Assembly (NCBI GenBank): GCA_963741205.1
Contig: CAVUHW010000015.1
Location: 96,001-160,000, forward strand
DNA from: Nitrospirota bacterium
GTDB taxonomy: Bacteria > Nitrospirota > UBA9217
DNA length: 64,000 nucleotides
Direction of reading: 5' to 3'
The notes beneath the pieces are model-generated. The model worked only from the letters and a program-made list of their open reading frames with translations. It did not search any database and had not been told where the DNA came from. A program made the position numbers and the translations under genes. Shown piece after piece: positions 1 through 12,544 of the stretch. The first letter of the stretch is position 1, and each line of letters begins with the position of its first letter.

Positions 1-1158
1 AAGAAGAGCCAGTCCCGCAGGTAGCTGTGGCGGTACCGGATCCGGAAGGCGATTTCCGTAAACTCGCCGACAGGTCTGGTGTTCCAGCTGTTGATCCACT
101 CGTAGTCTATCGCGTGGGTCGGGGCAAGAGGCTGGCGCAGCGCGAAACTCAAGCCGTAGGCGAAACCGTTCGCTTGTGCGACCCATACCCCGTCAACCGT
201 CGTGCGGAAAAAAAGTTCATGAGGAAGCTGGCGCTCGAAATCGAACCGGGTGTCTGTTTGCCAGCTTCCCTTCGACCTCCAGATTGCTTCCTGGGTAAAC
301 CTGACAGCCCAGATTTCGTAGGGCATGAGGACCTGGTACCGCGGGGCAATGAGGATGACGGGGCTGAATTTTGAGAATTGCAGCCCCGTCCTCACAACGG
401 AGCTCACTTGGGGGTCCGAACGGAAAACATACTGGAGCCCCGTCGTAAGGGTGTTCTGCGGCGTGGTCCCAAAGCGCTCCGCGGGGGTGTGGACCGCGGC
501 TGATGCGCCGGTGGGCGGTACGGCGGGTTCCGCAGCGATGACGAGATGTGTTTTTTCCTCAAGCGCCGGAAGGGCCAGCCGCAGATCGAAGGCAGGTTTG
601 AAGGTTGGCGCCGGACCGCTCTTCCTTGAATATCTCGTAGCGGAACCGCGTGAACGAGCGGTTTTCTTCCCTCACATATCCCGGATCGGCAAAAAAGGAA
701 TCCATCCACACGGCAGACGCCAGAAAACGGCGGACGATCTCGCTATGAAGCATATCCACATACTTCAGCTCCTTTTCCAGTACAGGCCTGGTCTGCTTCG
801 GCTGCACCGGGAGAGTAGTGAAGGAGGGCGCCGTGAGCAGGTTGTCGGGCGCGGTCTGCTCCATCTCCGGTTGCGGAGGGAGAGAGGTGAAGGAGGGCGC
901 CGTGATCAGCGACTCGGGCGGTTCTTGCCCCATCTCCGGTTGCGGAGGGAGAGAGGTGAAGGAGGGCGCCGTGAGCAGCGACTCGGGCGGTTCTTGCCCC
1001 TTCTCCGACGCCCGGGCAGCGGAGGCTCCGTTAAAGGCGAAAAGAAAGATCAGCGCGACGAACGGCAGGCATCGGACTGCTGTCCTGGCGGATTTCTGCA
1101 GGTATGTTTTGACTGAAGCTGACAAGTGAGATAGTGCTCCTGATTCCACGCTGGTCAA
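1..1158 (-). CDS. Secreted/outer-membrane beta-barrel-like hypothetical protein with N-terminal Pro-rich repeats (frameshifted, runs off window start)
   Basis: Signal-like stretch (CLPFVALIFLFAFNGASAARA), three 23-aa repeats, then WMDSFF. After a frame change near 605 it reads as alternating aromatic strands (FERQL..FFRTT..YEWINSW..FRIRYRHSYLRDWLF). Start codon uncertain. Confidence 0.6.
800..1006. repeat. 69-bp tandem repeat x3 (coding, EMGQEPPESLITAPSFTSLPPQP)
   Basis: GTGAAGGAGGGCGCCGTGA recurs at 818, 887 and 956 (period 69). Confidence 0.95.
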
Positions 1159-1376
1159 CCGGTGAGCGGATCGCCGTGGCGATCCATCGCGGCTTTTCAG
1201 CGCAGTCCGCCCTTCAAAGAATAGGCAAACAAGAAGTGATTGTCAAGTGCCAAAGATCGATAAAACAACGGGGTGATGAGCATCGGAGTAGAAGTGAGGC
1301 GACTTTTTCCCTGTTGCAACTTCAGTCTACTTGCGTTATAGTAACCAACTAATTATCGGGGAAAGGAGTCTCGTCG

Positions 1377-3267
1377 ATGTTCGTCGTGGAGCTTGTAATG
1401 CAAGGCGTCCGCGGAATCAGGGAACTGGCCCGCCTGAGATTCCAGAGCGGGTTCAACCTTGTTTCCGCCGGGAATGAATCGGGAAAAACCACGGCAGTCG
1501 ACACGATACAGCGCCTCCTGTTTCCCAACAGCCAGGCGGGGGCCATGCAGCCGCTCGTGTCGAGGCACACACCCGACGCCTCGCGCGGCGCACTGGTAAT
1601 ATGCTCCGATGACGGCACGTACTACCGTGTGATCCAGGATTTCCGCAAACAGGCCGTTAACCTTTCCCGCTATAACGCCTCCTCGAAGGAATTCAATCTG
1701 CTGCACAAGGACTGGGACGGCTCGACGCAATTTATGGCCGGGCTTACGACCGGGGTGGCTGAAGATGATTTCGCGCAGGTTTTCGTGTTCAGGCCCGAGC
1801 ATGCTTTCGGCCGTCCCGCGCCACGCGCCACGGCCGCAAGCCCTGCGTTGGACGACAAACCCCCAAGCTCCGCTGCCGCGGAAACGACGAGTACGACGCA
1901 GCTCGCAGAACTCCGTGATGCCCTTCGCAAGGCGGAAGAGGCCGCTGATGCCGAATACCGTTACCAGTCCGCCAAGCTCGCCCTCGATGAGCTCCAGAAA
2001 AAACTGGCCTCCCTCGACGAAATGGAGCGGAAAAAAGTCGAAATCGAATCGACGCTGGGAGAACTCAAGGGGTGCGAGGCCCTTCCTGAGAACCTGAAAG
2101 AGCTGATCGAGTCGCATGAGCGGCGCGAGGCCCAGAAAATAGCCGATGCCGACAGCCTGAACGAGGAATTGCAGCGGTTGAAGATGCGATTCGACGCAAT
2201 TCCACCGGCCAACTTTCTGACCGACAAGCTGTTCATCGCCGGCGCCGTCCTCGGCCTCCTCTCGATTCTGGCGGGCGTGTTCGTCCTGACCGCGGAATAC
2301 GAACAGTATTTTCCGATCGGCATCATTCTGTCGCTGATCCTGATTGCCGTTGCCTCGTATAACGCGTCGCGCAAGAGCGCGCAGCGCAGGGCGGTCCGGA
2401 AGGGCATAGAAGCGTTGGAACAGGAATTTATCGATTTGGAGCGGAAATTCGTCCATGAGAGCGCTCCGATTGCGGCCTATCTGCGCGCCGTGGGGGCGGG
2501 TTCGACGGCGGAGCTCAGGGAAAAGACCGACAATTACCGGCATTTTTGCTCGCTCCGGCAAGACTTGGAAGAGGGCCGGCAGCGGATCCTCGGTGATTCG
2601 TCGCCCGAGCTTCTGCGGCAGCACTATGAAAGGCAGCAGGAAGAGGTCCGAGAACTGGAGAAGGCGGCCAGAGAGGTTGCCGCCTTCGCCGTGGACACCT
2701 ACAGCATCAGGCAGGACATCGAGCGGCTGGAGGGCGAGTCCGTTCGCCGCTCCGGACCAGGATTTCGGGGCCGAGGTCTTCGATCCGGCGCGCGACGTTG
2801 CGTCGACGGCCGCGGGCCCGCTGGGCGGCGGGTTCCTCGGCGAGCTTCGCGCCGCGAGCCGGATCGGACGGCATCGAAATGGAGACGCTGATTCCCGCCG
2901 TCGAGGCCGCGGCGCAGAGGAATTTGTCCGCAGTCAGCGGCGGCAAGTACGTCCGCATCGAAGTCCGATCATGACGGATCGCCTGTCGTGCGCGCGAAGG
3001 ACGATGCGGTCGTGGGTGTTGCGGAACTCAGCCACGGTACGAAGGCCCTCGTCTACTTCTGCTTCAGAACGGGGCTCGATCGAGGCCCTTGCCGGAAAGC
3101 GGCTGCTGCCGTTCATTCTGGACGACCCGTTCTCCGGTTTCGACCCGGCTCGGCAACAGGCGGCGTGCCAGGTCCTGCGCGCCCTCGGCAAGAAGACCCA
3201 GGTGGTCCTCTTCACCGCGAATCCCGCGCTGAGAATGGCGGGCGAACCCGCCGCGGAGCTCAAGTAA
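1377..3267 (+). CDS. SMC/Rad50-like (YhaN/AAA_27-type) ATPase with coiled coil and two central TM helices; frameshifted
   Basis: N-terminal Walker A GNESGKTT, coiled coil and hydrophobic pair (LFIAGAVLGLLSILAGVFVL; IGIILSLILIAV). The signature LSHGTK and Walker B PFILDDPF lie in shifted frames. RBS AAGGAG. Confidence 0.8.
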
Positions 3268-3915
3268 ATGCGGGGTGCGTTCATCTCCTTCGAGGGAATC
3301 GAGGGGTCCGGTAAAACCACCCAGATTGCGCTCCTTGCGGATTCTCTCTCCGCGCGCGGCAGGTCCGTTCAGCTCACCCGGGAACCCGGTGGGACGCCCA
3401 TCGGAGACCAGGTAAGAAAGATCCTGCTCGACCCGGCAAATGCCGCGCTCGATCCCAAGGCGGAACTGCTTCTCTATGCGGCCGGCAGGGCGCAGCACCT
3501 TGCGGAACTCATCCGGCCCGCCCTCGAAGCGGGAACGATCGTTCTCTGCGACCGGTTTTCAGACGCCACGCTCGCCTACCAGGGTTATGGACGGGGGCTT
3601 GACCTGGACCTGATCGGGGACCTGGACCGGATCGTGACTGCCGGCATGCGGCCCGACCTGACGATCCTCCTCGACATTGATGCGGCTGCGGGGCTTGCGC
3701 GCGCGCGGGGGAGAAACAGCCGCAACGGACTCGAGGCTGAGGCGCGGTTCGAGAATGAGCTCCTGTCGTTTCACGAGCGCGTGAGGCGGGGATATCTCGA
3801 GCTGGCTCAGCGGGAGCCCGGCCGCATCCGCGTCGTCGATGCGGCGCGGCCGCCGGAGAGCATCCACCTTGAAGTCCGGAAGATCGTGGACGGGATGCTG
3901 AGCACGGGAAATTGA
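3268..3915 (+). CDS. tmk: Thymidylate kinase
   Basis: FISFEGIEGSGKTTQ, TREPGGT, CDRF, AYQG motifs. Confidence 0.97.
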   Translation: MRGAFISFEGIEGSGKTTQIALLADSLSARGRSVQLTREPGGTPIGDQVRKILLDPANAALDPKAELLLYAAGRAQHLAELIRPALEAGTIVLCDRFSDATLAYQGYGRGLDLDLIGDLDRIVTAGMRPDLTILLDIDAAAGLARARGRNSRNGLEAEARFENELLSFHERVRRGYLELAQREPGRIRVVDAARPPESIHLEVRKIVDGMLSTGN

Positions 3916-3945
3916 AGATCATGAATTGGAAATTATAATTTCGTC

Positions 3946-4028
3946 TGTCATACCTGCGAAAGCAGGCATCCATTGGCTTCTTTCAAACAAACTTCAAAAT
4001 GGATTCGCCCGCTTTCGCGGGAATGACA
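3946..4028. repeat. REP-like double-hairpin palindrome (GTCAT..GGxATCCA/TGGATTC..GGAATGAC family)
   Basis: TGTCATACCTGCGAAAGCAGGCATCCA...TGGATTCGCCCGCTTTCGCGGGAATGACA. Related copies at 23490, 27993 and 45886. Confidence 0.75.
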
Positions 4029-4048
4029 AAAAAGCGCCAGAGCACAGC

Positions 4049-5029
4049 ATGAATTTCTCAGATATTGTCGGCCACGAACGGCCGGTCACGATACTCAAAC
4101 GGACGCTCGCGAACGGGACGCTTGCCCATGCCTATCTCTTTTCAGGCGAGGAGGGGATCGGCAAGAAGATGACGGCCCTCGCGCTTGCCGCCGCCGTGAA
4201 CTGCGCGCACCAGGGGCCGGACGGCGGCTGCGGTGAGTGTCCGTCCTGCCGCAAGGTCGCTTCGGGCGGGCATCCGGACGTTCATCTCCTTGCCCCGGAC
4301 GGCGAAGAGATCAAGATCGACCAGGTCCGGCAGATGCAGGCGGACCTCTCGCTAAGGCCTTTCGAGGGGACTAAGAAGACCCTGATCGTCGACTTTGCCG
4401 AACGCATGAACGCCGCGTCTTCGAACGCCTTTTTGAAGACGCTCGAAGAGCCGCCGGGAGACACGCTCATCATCCTGGTCACCGCGATGCCGCAGAGCTT
4501 GCTGCCGACCATCCGTTCGCGATGCCAGGAGATGCGGTTCCAGCCGCTTCCCCGCCATACGCTGGCGCGGGCGCTCGCGAGGAAACGCGGAATTTCGGAA
4601 GAGGACGCATGGTTTCTCGCGGCGCTTGCGCAGGGGAGCATGGGACGGGGACTCGAGATGGACGCGGAGCAGGAGAAGGCCGAGCGGGACCGGCTCATGG
4701 ACCTCTGGGACGGGCTTTCCCGCCTGAGTGTCGGCGAGGCGCTTGCGCTGGCGGAAGGCTACGCGAAAGACCGTGAACGGTTGGACCGCCTGATCGAGAT
4801 CGGTGTCGAGTGTCTCCGCGACGCGCTGGTCTACCGGGAGACGGGCGACGACCGGCTGCTCGTGCAGAGCGGCGCCGGAGAACGGTACCGAATCTGGGGT
4901 GAGCGGTTCGCCGTCCCCGGAATGCTTGCGGACCTTGAGCTGCTCACCCGGAGCAGGGGCCTGCTCGACCGCCGCGTGAGCGCGCAGCTCGTGGCCGAGA
5001 ACCTGTTGTTTCAACTGGGGAGAGGATGA
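4049..5029 (+). CDS. holB: DNA polymerase III delta-prime subunit
   Basis: HAYLFSG, zinc CGECPSC, HPD, NAFLKTLEEP, TIRSRC; follows tmk. Confidence 0.95.
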   Translation: MNFSDIVGHERPVTILKRTLANGTLAHAYLFSGEEGIGKKMTALALAAAVNCAHQGPDGGCGECPSCRKVASGGHPDVHLLAPDGEEIKIDQVRQMQADLSLRPFEGTKKTLIVDFAERMNAASSNAFLKTLEEPPGDTLIILVTAMPQSLLPTIRSRCQEMRFQPLPRHTLARALARKRGISEEDAWFLAALAQGSMGRGLEMDAEQEKAERDRLMDLWDGLSRLSVGEALALAEGYAKDRERLDRLIEIGVECLRDALVYRETGDDRLLVQSGAGERYRIWGERFAVPGMLADLELLTRSRGLLDRRVSAQLVAENLLFQLGRG

Positions 5030-5092
5030 TTCGATTGCGGATTGCGGATTGCGGAATGAAAAATTCCAAATCCGCAATCCGCAATCCGAAAT
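5030..5092. repeat. Inverted heptamer repeat (GATTGCG)n...(TCCGCAA)n
   Basis: GATTGCGGATTGCGGATTGCGGAAT followed by ATCCGCAATCCGCAATCCGAAAT. Confidence 0.9.
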
Positions 5093-5102
5093 TGATACAG
5101 AC

Positions 5103-6357
5103 ATGACTGACAAAATGATCAAAATAGCCGGGGTGCGGTTCCGGGAGAATTGGAAGGTCTATGATTTCGACGCCACCGACGTGGAGGTGGCCATCGGCGA
5201 CCGGGTAATCGTGGACACCGAGCGGGGGCAGGGATTCGCCTCGGTAGTGCGAGTGAAAAAGCTGCAGGAACCGCCTCCGCTTCCCGCGCCCGCTCCGGTC
5301 AGAATGGAGCAGGGCCTGCAGGTGGAAGAAGAGGCGGAGAATGGCGCGCCGAAGGCCGCAGGCGCCGACAAGCAGGAGCCCAAGACGCTCAGAAAGGTCC
5401 TGCGCAAAGCGACGGAGGAGGACCTCCTCCGGGAAGAAAAGAACAGGGAGCGCGAGGCCGAGGCTTTCAAGACCGCGCAGGACATGATCACCGAGCGGGA
5501 ACTGCCGATGAAGCTGATCCGCGTGGAATATTCCTTTGACGCTTCGCGGGCCACTTTTTTCTTTTTTTCCGAGACGCGGATCGATTTCCGCGAACTTGTG
5601 AAGGACCTGGCCTACAAGCTCAGGAGCAGGATCGAGATGCGCCAGATCGGCGTTCGCGACGTGGCGCGGATGATCGGAGGGTTCGGCCCCTGCGGCAGGG
5701 AACTCTGCTGCTGCGTCATTCCTGAAAAACTTCGAGCCCGTCTCGATCCGCATGGCCAAGAAGCAGGACATGGTGCTCAACCCTGCGAAGATTTCCGGGG
5801 TCTGCGGCCGCCTGCTTTGCTGCCTCTCCTACGAATACGAGATGTACGATGAGATCAAGAAAGACCTTGCCGGCATGCGCGAGGCCGCCGTCAAGGAAAA
5901 GAAGGAAGTGGAAGAACGCCGTATGGCAGAGGAGCAGAAAGAAGCGGAAGAACGCCGCCTCGACGAAGAGAAGAGGCGACAGGAAGACCGCAAACAGCAG
6001 GAGCAGCGGCGGGAGAAGCAGAAGGGATCAGGACAGCGCGGCGGCAAGCCGGAGAGAAAGAAGGAAGTCCAGCAGGAAAAGAAAGGCCAGCCACCCGCCG
6101 AACGTCAGCGGCCGCGACATCGACAGCAGCCGCAGCAGCAGGAGAAGCCTCAACCCCAGGAGAACCCCCAACCCCAGGAGAAGCCCCAGCCTCAGGAACA
6201 GGCGACTCAGCAGCAGCCGCACGAGGGCGAGAAGACGGGTAAGAAGAGAAAGCGGCATTTCTGGCGCAGGAAGAAGAAAGGCCAGCAGCAGGGCGGCAAG
6301 GCGCAGAGGACCGGCCGCAGGGACCGGAAAGGGAAGTCGAGATTGATGATGCCCTAA
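5103..6357 (+). CDS. ricT: PSP1-domain protein (RicT/YaaT family) with long low-complexity C-terminal tail; one frameshift near 5716
   Basis: RIDFRELVKDL, IEMRQIGVRD, GPCGRELCC, KISGVCGRLLCCLSYE; conserved position after holB. Confidence 0.9.
6138..6200. repeat. 18-bp coding tandem repeat (QEKPQP/QENPQP)
   Basis: CAGGAGAAGCCTCAACCC / CAGGAGAACCCCCAACCC / CAGGAGAAGCCCCAGCCT. Confidence 0.85.
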
Positions 6358-6418
6358 ATGTCCTGACCAGATCGATGAATAGGCATGAAGAGCAAACACC
6401 TCCGGATCGCCTATATGA

Positions 6419-8051
<1,633 letters not shown>

Positions 8052-8104
8052 AACGTTCGGGGACAGGCTTATGGACAGATAAAGGAAATACAAAGGAGAA
8101 GAAG

Positions 8105-8497
8105 GTGGAACAGACGCCAGCATCTCAGAATCCGGCAGGTCAACAAACCATACCGTCCGCCGGAGCCGTCTTTGAACCGATCGGGATCGAAGACTTCATG
8201 AAGGTTGACCTCAGGGTGGGCAAGATTGTGTCCGCCGAGCGGGTCGCAAAGTCCGAGAAGCTCGTGAAGATCCAGGTGGACATCGGCACGGAGACGCGCC
8301 AGGTCGTTGCCGGAATCGGGAAGAGCTACACGCCGGAAGAGCTCACGGGCAAATCGATCGTCATCGTCGCGAACCTGAAGCCGGCCAAGCTGATGGGCGT
8401 CGAATCCCAGGGGATGCTCCTGGCCGCGTCGAGCGGAGAGCTTTTGGCCGTGGCCACGTTCGACCGGGAGACGAAGCCGGGAGCGAGAGTAAAGTGA
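8105..8497 (+). CDS. MetRS C-terminal tRNA-binding (Trbp111/EMAP-like) domain, either separate or split from metG by a frameshift
   Basis: IEDFMKVDLRVG, QVVAGI, NLKPAKLMGVESQGMLLAA. Confidence 0.9.
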   Translation: MEQTPASQNPAGQQTIPSAGAVFEPIGIEDFMKVDLRVGKIVSAERVAKSEKLVKIQVDIGTETRQVVAGIGKSYTPEELTGKSIVIVANLKPAKLMGVESQGMLLAASSGELLAVATFDRETKPGARVK

Positions 8498-8499
8498 GG

Positions 8500-8631
8500 C
8501 AAGGAAGAAGTAAGAGTTAAGAATTAAGAGTGAAGAACAATGAGGAAGGGGAAGTGGAGAACAATGGGTAGGAGACAGGGAAAGAGTTTTTTTGTTCCCA
8601 ACTTCTTACTTCATACTTCTTACTTCTCACT
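8500..8631. repeat. Inverted heptamer repeat (AAGAAGT-like / ACTTCTT-like)
   Basis: AAGAAGTAAGAGTTAAGAATTAAGAGT... and ACTTCTTACTTCATACTTCTTACTTCTCAC. A similar run is at 18968-19002. Confidence 0.75.
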
Positions 8632-8640
8632 TGGTTTTTT

Positions 8641-10011
8641 ATGCTGATCGACACCCATGCGCATCTGGAGATGCGCGAGTTCAACGACGACCGCGAGGAC
8701 GTGATCAAACGGGCACGGGAAGCGGGCGTCGAATATATCGTCACCATCGGGACCACGGTCGAATCGAGCCGCGACGCGGTGCTGCTCGCGGACAAGTACG
8801 ACTTCATCTACGCGGCCATCGGCATCCATCCTCATGAAGTGAAGGACATCCTCCATCCCGCCTACGATATCCTCAGGCATTTCGCGCAGCACAAGAAGGT
8901 CGTGGCCTACGGAGAGATCGGGCTCGACTATTTCTACGAACATTCTCCGCGGACCGACCAGAAGAGGAAGTTCCGCGACATGCTCAGGGAGGCGCGGGAG
9001 CTCGACCTGCCGGTCATCATCCACGACCGCGACGCCCACGACGACACGCTCCAGATCATCTCCGAGGAATGGTCCCCGGACCTGGGCGGGGTCATGCACT
9101 GCTTCTCCGGAGACGCCGCGATGGCAAGAAAGCTCGTCGAGCTGGGCTTCTCCCTCGGGGTCGCGGGACCGGTTACGTTTCCGAAAGCCGAGGCCCTGCG
9201 CGAGGTCATCCGCCAGGTCCCGATTGAGCATCTCCTGGTCGAAACGGATGCGCCGTACCTCGCGCCCCAGCCCATGCGCGGAAAACGGAACGAACCGGCC
9301 TTTGTCCGCCATACGACAGAGATGATCGCGAAGATCAAGGGCCTTACCTTCGATGATGTCTCCCGGATCACGAGCTTTAACGCAATGCAGCTCTTCGGCA
9401 TCGGCCAGATCCCGGACCGCGGACAGATAACCTATCCGATAAGAAATTCCCTCTACCTCAACATCACGAATCGCTGCACCGCCGCCTGCACCTTCTGCGT
9501 CCGCTATACTACCGATTTCGTGAAAGGCCACAACCTGAGGCTTGCCGGGGAGCCCACTGCCGAGGCCGTCATCAACGAGATCGGCGACCCCAAGCGGTAC
9601 GCCGAGATCGTGTTCTGCGGGTACGGCGAACCGCTCCTTCGGCTTGACGTGGTCAAGGCCGTTTCCGCTGAAGTGAAGCGGCAAGGCGGCAAGGTGCGCA
9701 TCGACACGAACGGTCATGCGAACCTCATCCACAAACGGAACGTCCTGCCGGAGCTTGCCGGGCTCGTGGACGCCGTATCCGTGAGTCTCAATGCCCAGAA
9801 CTCGGAAATCTACGAGAAACTGACCCAGCCGAAGTTCGGATCAATAACCTATGAAACGGTCAAGGAATTCATCCGCGAGGCGAAGAAGTACATCCCCGAG
9901 GTGACCGCCACGGTCGTGTCCGCTCCGGGCGTGGACATCGAGGCATGCCGCAAAATCGCCGAGGAGCTCGGCGCGAAATTCCGGGTGCGGGAGTACAACG
10001 TAGTCGGGTAA
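8641..10011 (+). CDS. tatD: TatD DNase fused to a TatD-associated radical SAM domain
   Basis: DTHAH, GIHPH, GEIGLDY, HCFSG, ETDAPYLAP; then YLNITNRCTAACTFC (CxxxCxxC) and FCGYGEP. Confidence 0.93.
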   Translation: MLIDTHAHLEMREFNDDREDVIKRAREAGVEYIVTIGTTVESSRDAVLLADKYDFIYAAIGIHPHEVKDILHPAYDILRHFAQHKKVVAYGEIGLDYFYEHSPRTDQKRKFRDMLREARELDLPVIIHDRDAHDDTLQIISEEWSPDLGGVMHCFSGDAAMARKLVELGFSLGVAGPVTFPKAEALREVIRQVPIEHLLVETDAPYLAPQPMRGKRNEPAFVRHTTEMIAKIKGLTFDDVSRITSFNAMQLFGIGQIPDRGQITYPIRNSLYLNITNRCTAACTFCVRYTTDFVKGHNLRLAGEPTAEAVINEIGDPKRYAEIVFCGYGEPLLRLDVVKAVSAEVKRQGGKVRIDTNGHANLIHKRNVLPELAGLVDAVSVSLNAQNSEIYEKLTQPKFGSITYETVKEFIREAKKYIPEVTATVVSAPGVDIEACRKIAEELGAKFRVREYNVVG

Positions 10012-10133
10012 AGAGGTAGATTCTTTTTTTTTTGTCTCCGTTTCCGCTCTCTATTCAAATTGACTTTCCCCCCTGTTTCGGTTAATATTCCCCTTGTCTT
10101 TACAGCAGAATCTCTCACCAGGAGGTCCCTTCC

Positions 10134-11693
10134 GTGGCCAAGGTTCAGCGCGCGCTCATCAGTGTATCGAACAAGGACGGCATTCTCGATTTTGCCAGGG
10201 AGATCTCGAAGCTCGGCATCGAGATCCTTTCGACGGGAGGAACGGCGAAGATGCTCCGCGACGCCGGCGTTAAGGTCAAGGACGTGTCGGAATTCACGGG
10301 TTTTCCGGAGATGCTCGACGGCAGGGTCAAGACCCTGCATCCCAAGGTCCACGGCGGGCTCCTCGGCAGGCGCAGCAACCCCGAGCACGTAAGACAGATG
10401 AAGCAGCACGGGATCGAGCCCATCGACCTCGTGGTGGTGAACCTCTATCCCTTCGAGCAGACCGTGGCAAAGCCGGGCTGCACCTTCGAGGACGCCATCG
10501 AGAACATCGACATCGGCGGGCCGACAATGCTTCGGTCCGCGGCAAAGAACCACACCGACGTGGCCGTGGTGGTCTCCCCCCGCGATTACGCGAGGGTGCT
10601 CGAGGAACTCCGGAAGACCGGCGAGGTTTCGGCAAAGACCCGCTTCGAGCTCTGCCGCACCGTGTTCCTGCACACCGCCCGCTACGACAGCGCAATCTCC
10701 GCGTGGCTCGACAGCCAGGTCCCGGCCGAGGAGAAGACGCGCTTCCCCAACATCCTGACGCTCCAGTTCGAGAAGGCGCAGAACCTCCGGTACGGCGAGA
10801 ACCCGCACCAGGAGGGCGCATTCTACCGGGAGTTCGGGCGGAAGGAGCCGTCCGTCGCTCATGCAAAACAGCTCCAGGGCAAGGAGATGTCGTTCAATAA
10901 TTTTCTGGACGCGAACAGCGCCCTCGAACTTGCGAAAGAGTTCGACGAGACTGTGGCCGTAATCGTGAAGCACAACAACCCCTGCGGCGTGGCCGTGGGG
11001 GCGACCCTTGCCGAGGCATACCGCAAGGCGCGCGACTGCGACCCCGTCTCTGCCTTCGGCGGCGTGATCGCCTTCAACCGGATGGTGGACATCGAGACCG
11101 CGAAGGAGCTGACGGCGACCTTCGTGGAAGTGGTCGTGGCGCCGGAGTTCGCACCCGACGCGCTCGATGAACTGAAGAAGAAAAAAGACGTGCGGCTTTT
11201 GGACATCGGGCCGTCCCTCAAGGGCGCGCCCGAGGGCATGGACATGAAAAAAGTCGTCGGGGGCCTCATCTATCAGGACCGCGATCTCGGCAGGCTCTCC
11301 GATGTCCGCGCCCTGCGCGTGGCCACGAAGCGGAAACCCACGGACGAAGAGTACGAGGGGCTTGCCTTCGCCTGGAAGGTGTGCAAGCACGTCAAGTCCA
11401 ATGCCATCGTGTTCGCCGCGAAGGACCGGACTGTCGGCATCGGGGCGGGCCAGATGAGCCGTCTCGACTCGGTCAAGATCGCAAAGATCAAGGCCCAGTC
11501 TCCGCTCACGGGGACCGTGCTCGCGTCGGACGCCTTCTTTCCCTTCCGGGACGGACTCGAAGAGGCGGCCAAGGCGGGAGTAACGGCAGTGATCCAGCCC
11601 GGCGGGTCGCTCAAGGACGACGAGGTGATCCAGGCCGCGGATGAACACGGAGTCGCGATGGTCATGACGAGCATGAGGCATTTCAGGCATTAG
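10134..11693 (+). CDS. purH: Bifunctional AICAR transformylase/IMP cyclohydrolase
   Basis: [49 protein letters not shown]. Confidence 0.98.
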   Translation: MAKVQRALISVSNKDGILDFAREISKLGIEILSTGGTAKMLRDAGVKVKDVSEFTGFPEMLDGRVKTLHPKVHGGLLGRRSNPEHVRQMKQHGIEPIDLVVVNLYPFEQTVAKPGCTFEDAIENIDIGGPTMLRSAAKNHTDVAVVVSPRDYARVLEELRKTGEVSAKTRFELCRTVFLHTARYDSAISAWLDSQVPAEEKTRFPNILTLQFEKAQNLRYGENPHQEGAFYREFGRKEPSVAHAKQLQGKEMSFNNFLDANSALELAKEFDETVAVIVKHNNPCGVAVGATLAEAYRKARDCDPVSAFGGVIAFNRMVDIETAKELTATFVEVVVAPEFAPDALDELKKKKDVRLLDIGPSLKGAPEGMDMKKVVGGLIYQDRDLGRLSDVRALRVATKRKPTDEEYEGLAFAWKVCKHVKSNAIVFAAKDRTVGIGAGQMSRLDSVKIAKIKAQSPLTGTVLASDAFFPFRDGLEEAAKAGVTAVIQPGGSLKDDEVIQAADEHGVAMVMTSMRHFRH

Positions 11694-11696
11694 TTC

Positions 11697-12272
11697 ATGA
11701 TGATGCAAAAACTACTTGCAGTAGCGGTCCTTTTACTTGCGCTGCCCACGGGGTGCGGCAGGTCCCAGGACAAAAAGCACTCACCCGCTTCCCACTCTCG
11801 GGAGCAGGCAGCGAGGCCCGAGGAAGCCAAGACCCCCTATTACTTCGGCTTGATCGAAGAATACCGGACGGTTCTCGCCGAAGACCCGTATAATCTGGCA
11901 GCCCTGATCGGGATCGGGAACGCCTATTACGACAGCGGAGAGTGGAGGCAGGCGATCACGATGTACGAACAGGCTCTCGCGATCGACCCGCGGAACGCCG
12001 ATGTGCGGACCGACATGGGGACCGCCTACCGGAACCTGGGAATGCCGGAACGCGCGCTCGCCGAGTACCGCATAGCCTTGCAGCTCGAACCCGGCCATTT
12101 GAACGCCCGCTATAATTTGGGGATTGTGTATGCCGGCGACAAGAAGAATTATGCCGCCGCGATTCAAGCCTGGGAAGAGATCCTGAGAATCGCGCCGAAC
12201 TATCCGAACGCCGATCAAATCAGGTCCATGATTGCCGCCTTGAAAGCGGGAAAGAAGAAGGCTGCCCGATGA
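11697..12272 (+). CDS. TPR-repeat lipoprotein
   Basis: Lipobox-like LPTGC; TPR motifs (IGNAYYD, MGTAYRN, YNLGIVY). Confidence 0.85.
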   Translation: MMMQKLLAVAVLLLALPTGCGRSQDKKHSPASHSREQAARPEEAKTPYYFGLIEEYRTVLAEDPYNLAALIGIGNAYYDSGEWRQAITMYEQALAIDPRNADVRTDMGTAYRNLGMPERALAEYRIALQLEPGHLNARYNLGIVYAGDKKNYAAAIQAWEEILRIAPNYPNADQIRSMIAALKAGKKKAAR

Positions 12273-12529
12273 TACGCGCCCTTCTGTTTGTTGCCTTCCT
12301 GTCCCTGCTCTATTACGCCCTCAAGACAGTGCTCCGCGCCGCGGTCCGGGGATACCAGGGTGAGGACAACAGGCGCACTCGTCTCATGGGCGAGGATATG
12401 GTGCTCGATCCCGAATGCCGCACCTACGTCTTGAAGGAGCGTGCGATCACCCGGCGCATTGGCGGGGAAAACCACTCTTTCTGCAGCGAGGCATGCGCAA
12501 AGCAGTACGAAGAAAAGAAGCGGACCTGA
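12269..12529 (+). CDS. Small membrane-anchored YHS/TRASH metal-binding protein
   Basis: N-terminal TM helix; MVLDPECRTY...FCSEAC. Confidence 0.85.
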   Translation: MIRALLFVAFLSLLYYALKTVLRAAVRGYQGEDNRRTRLMGEDMVLDPECRTYVLKERAITRRIGGENHSFCSEACAKQYEEKKRT

Positions 12530-12544
12530 ACGAGTAAACAGCGC

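Noticed and set aside
800-1006. Possible CRISPR array
   Set aside because: The units are contiguous, in frame and have no unique spacers; no cas genes are present.
10020-10133. ZTP riboswitch before purH, or purine riboswitch before guaA
   Set aside because: Both leaders are short and show only promoter-like boxes and an RBS.
9849-11708. Long antisense ORFs (for example 619 aa opposite purH, and others opposite aprA, the kinase and the MFS genes)
   Set aside because: These are shadow ORFs from high-GC codon bias, with no motifs, lying opposite recognised genes.
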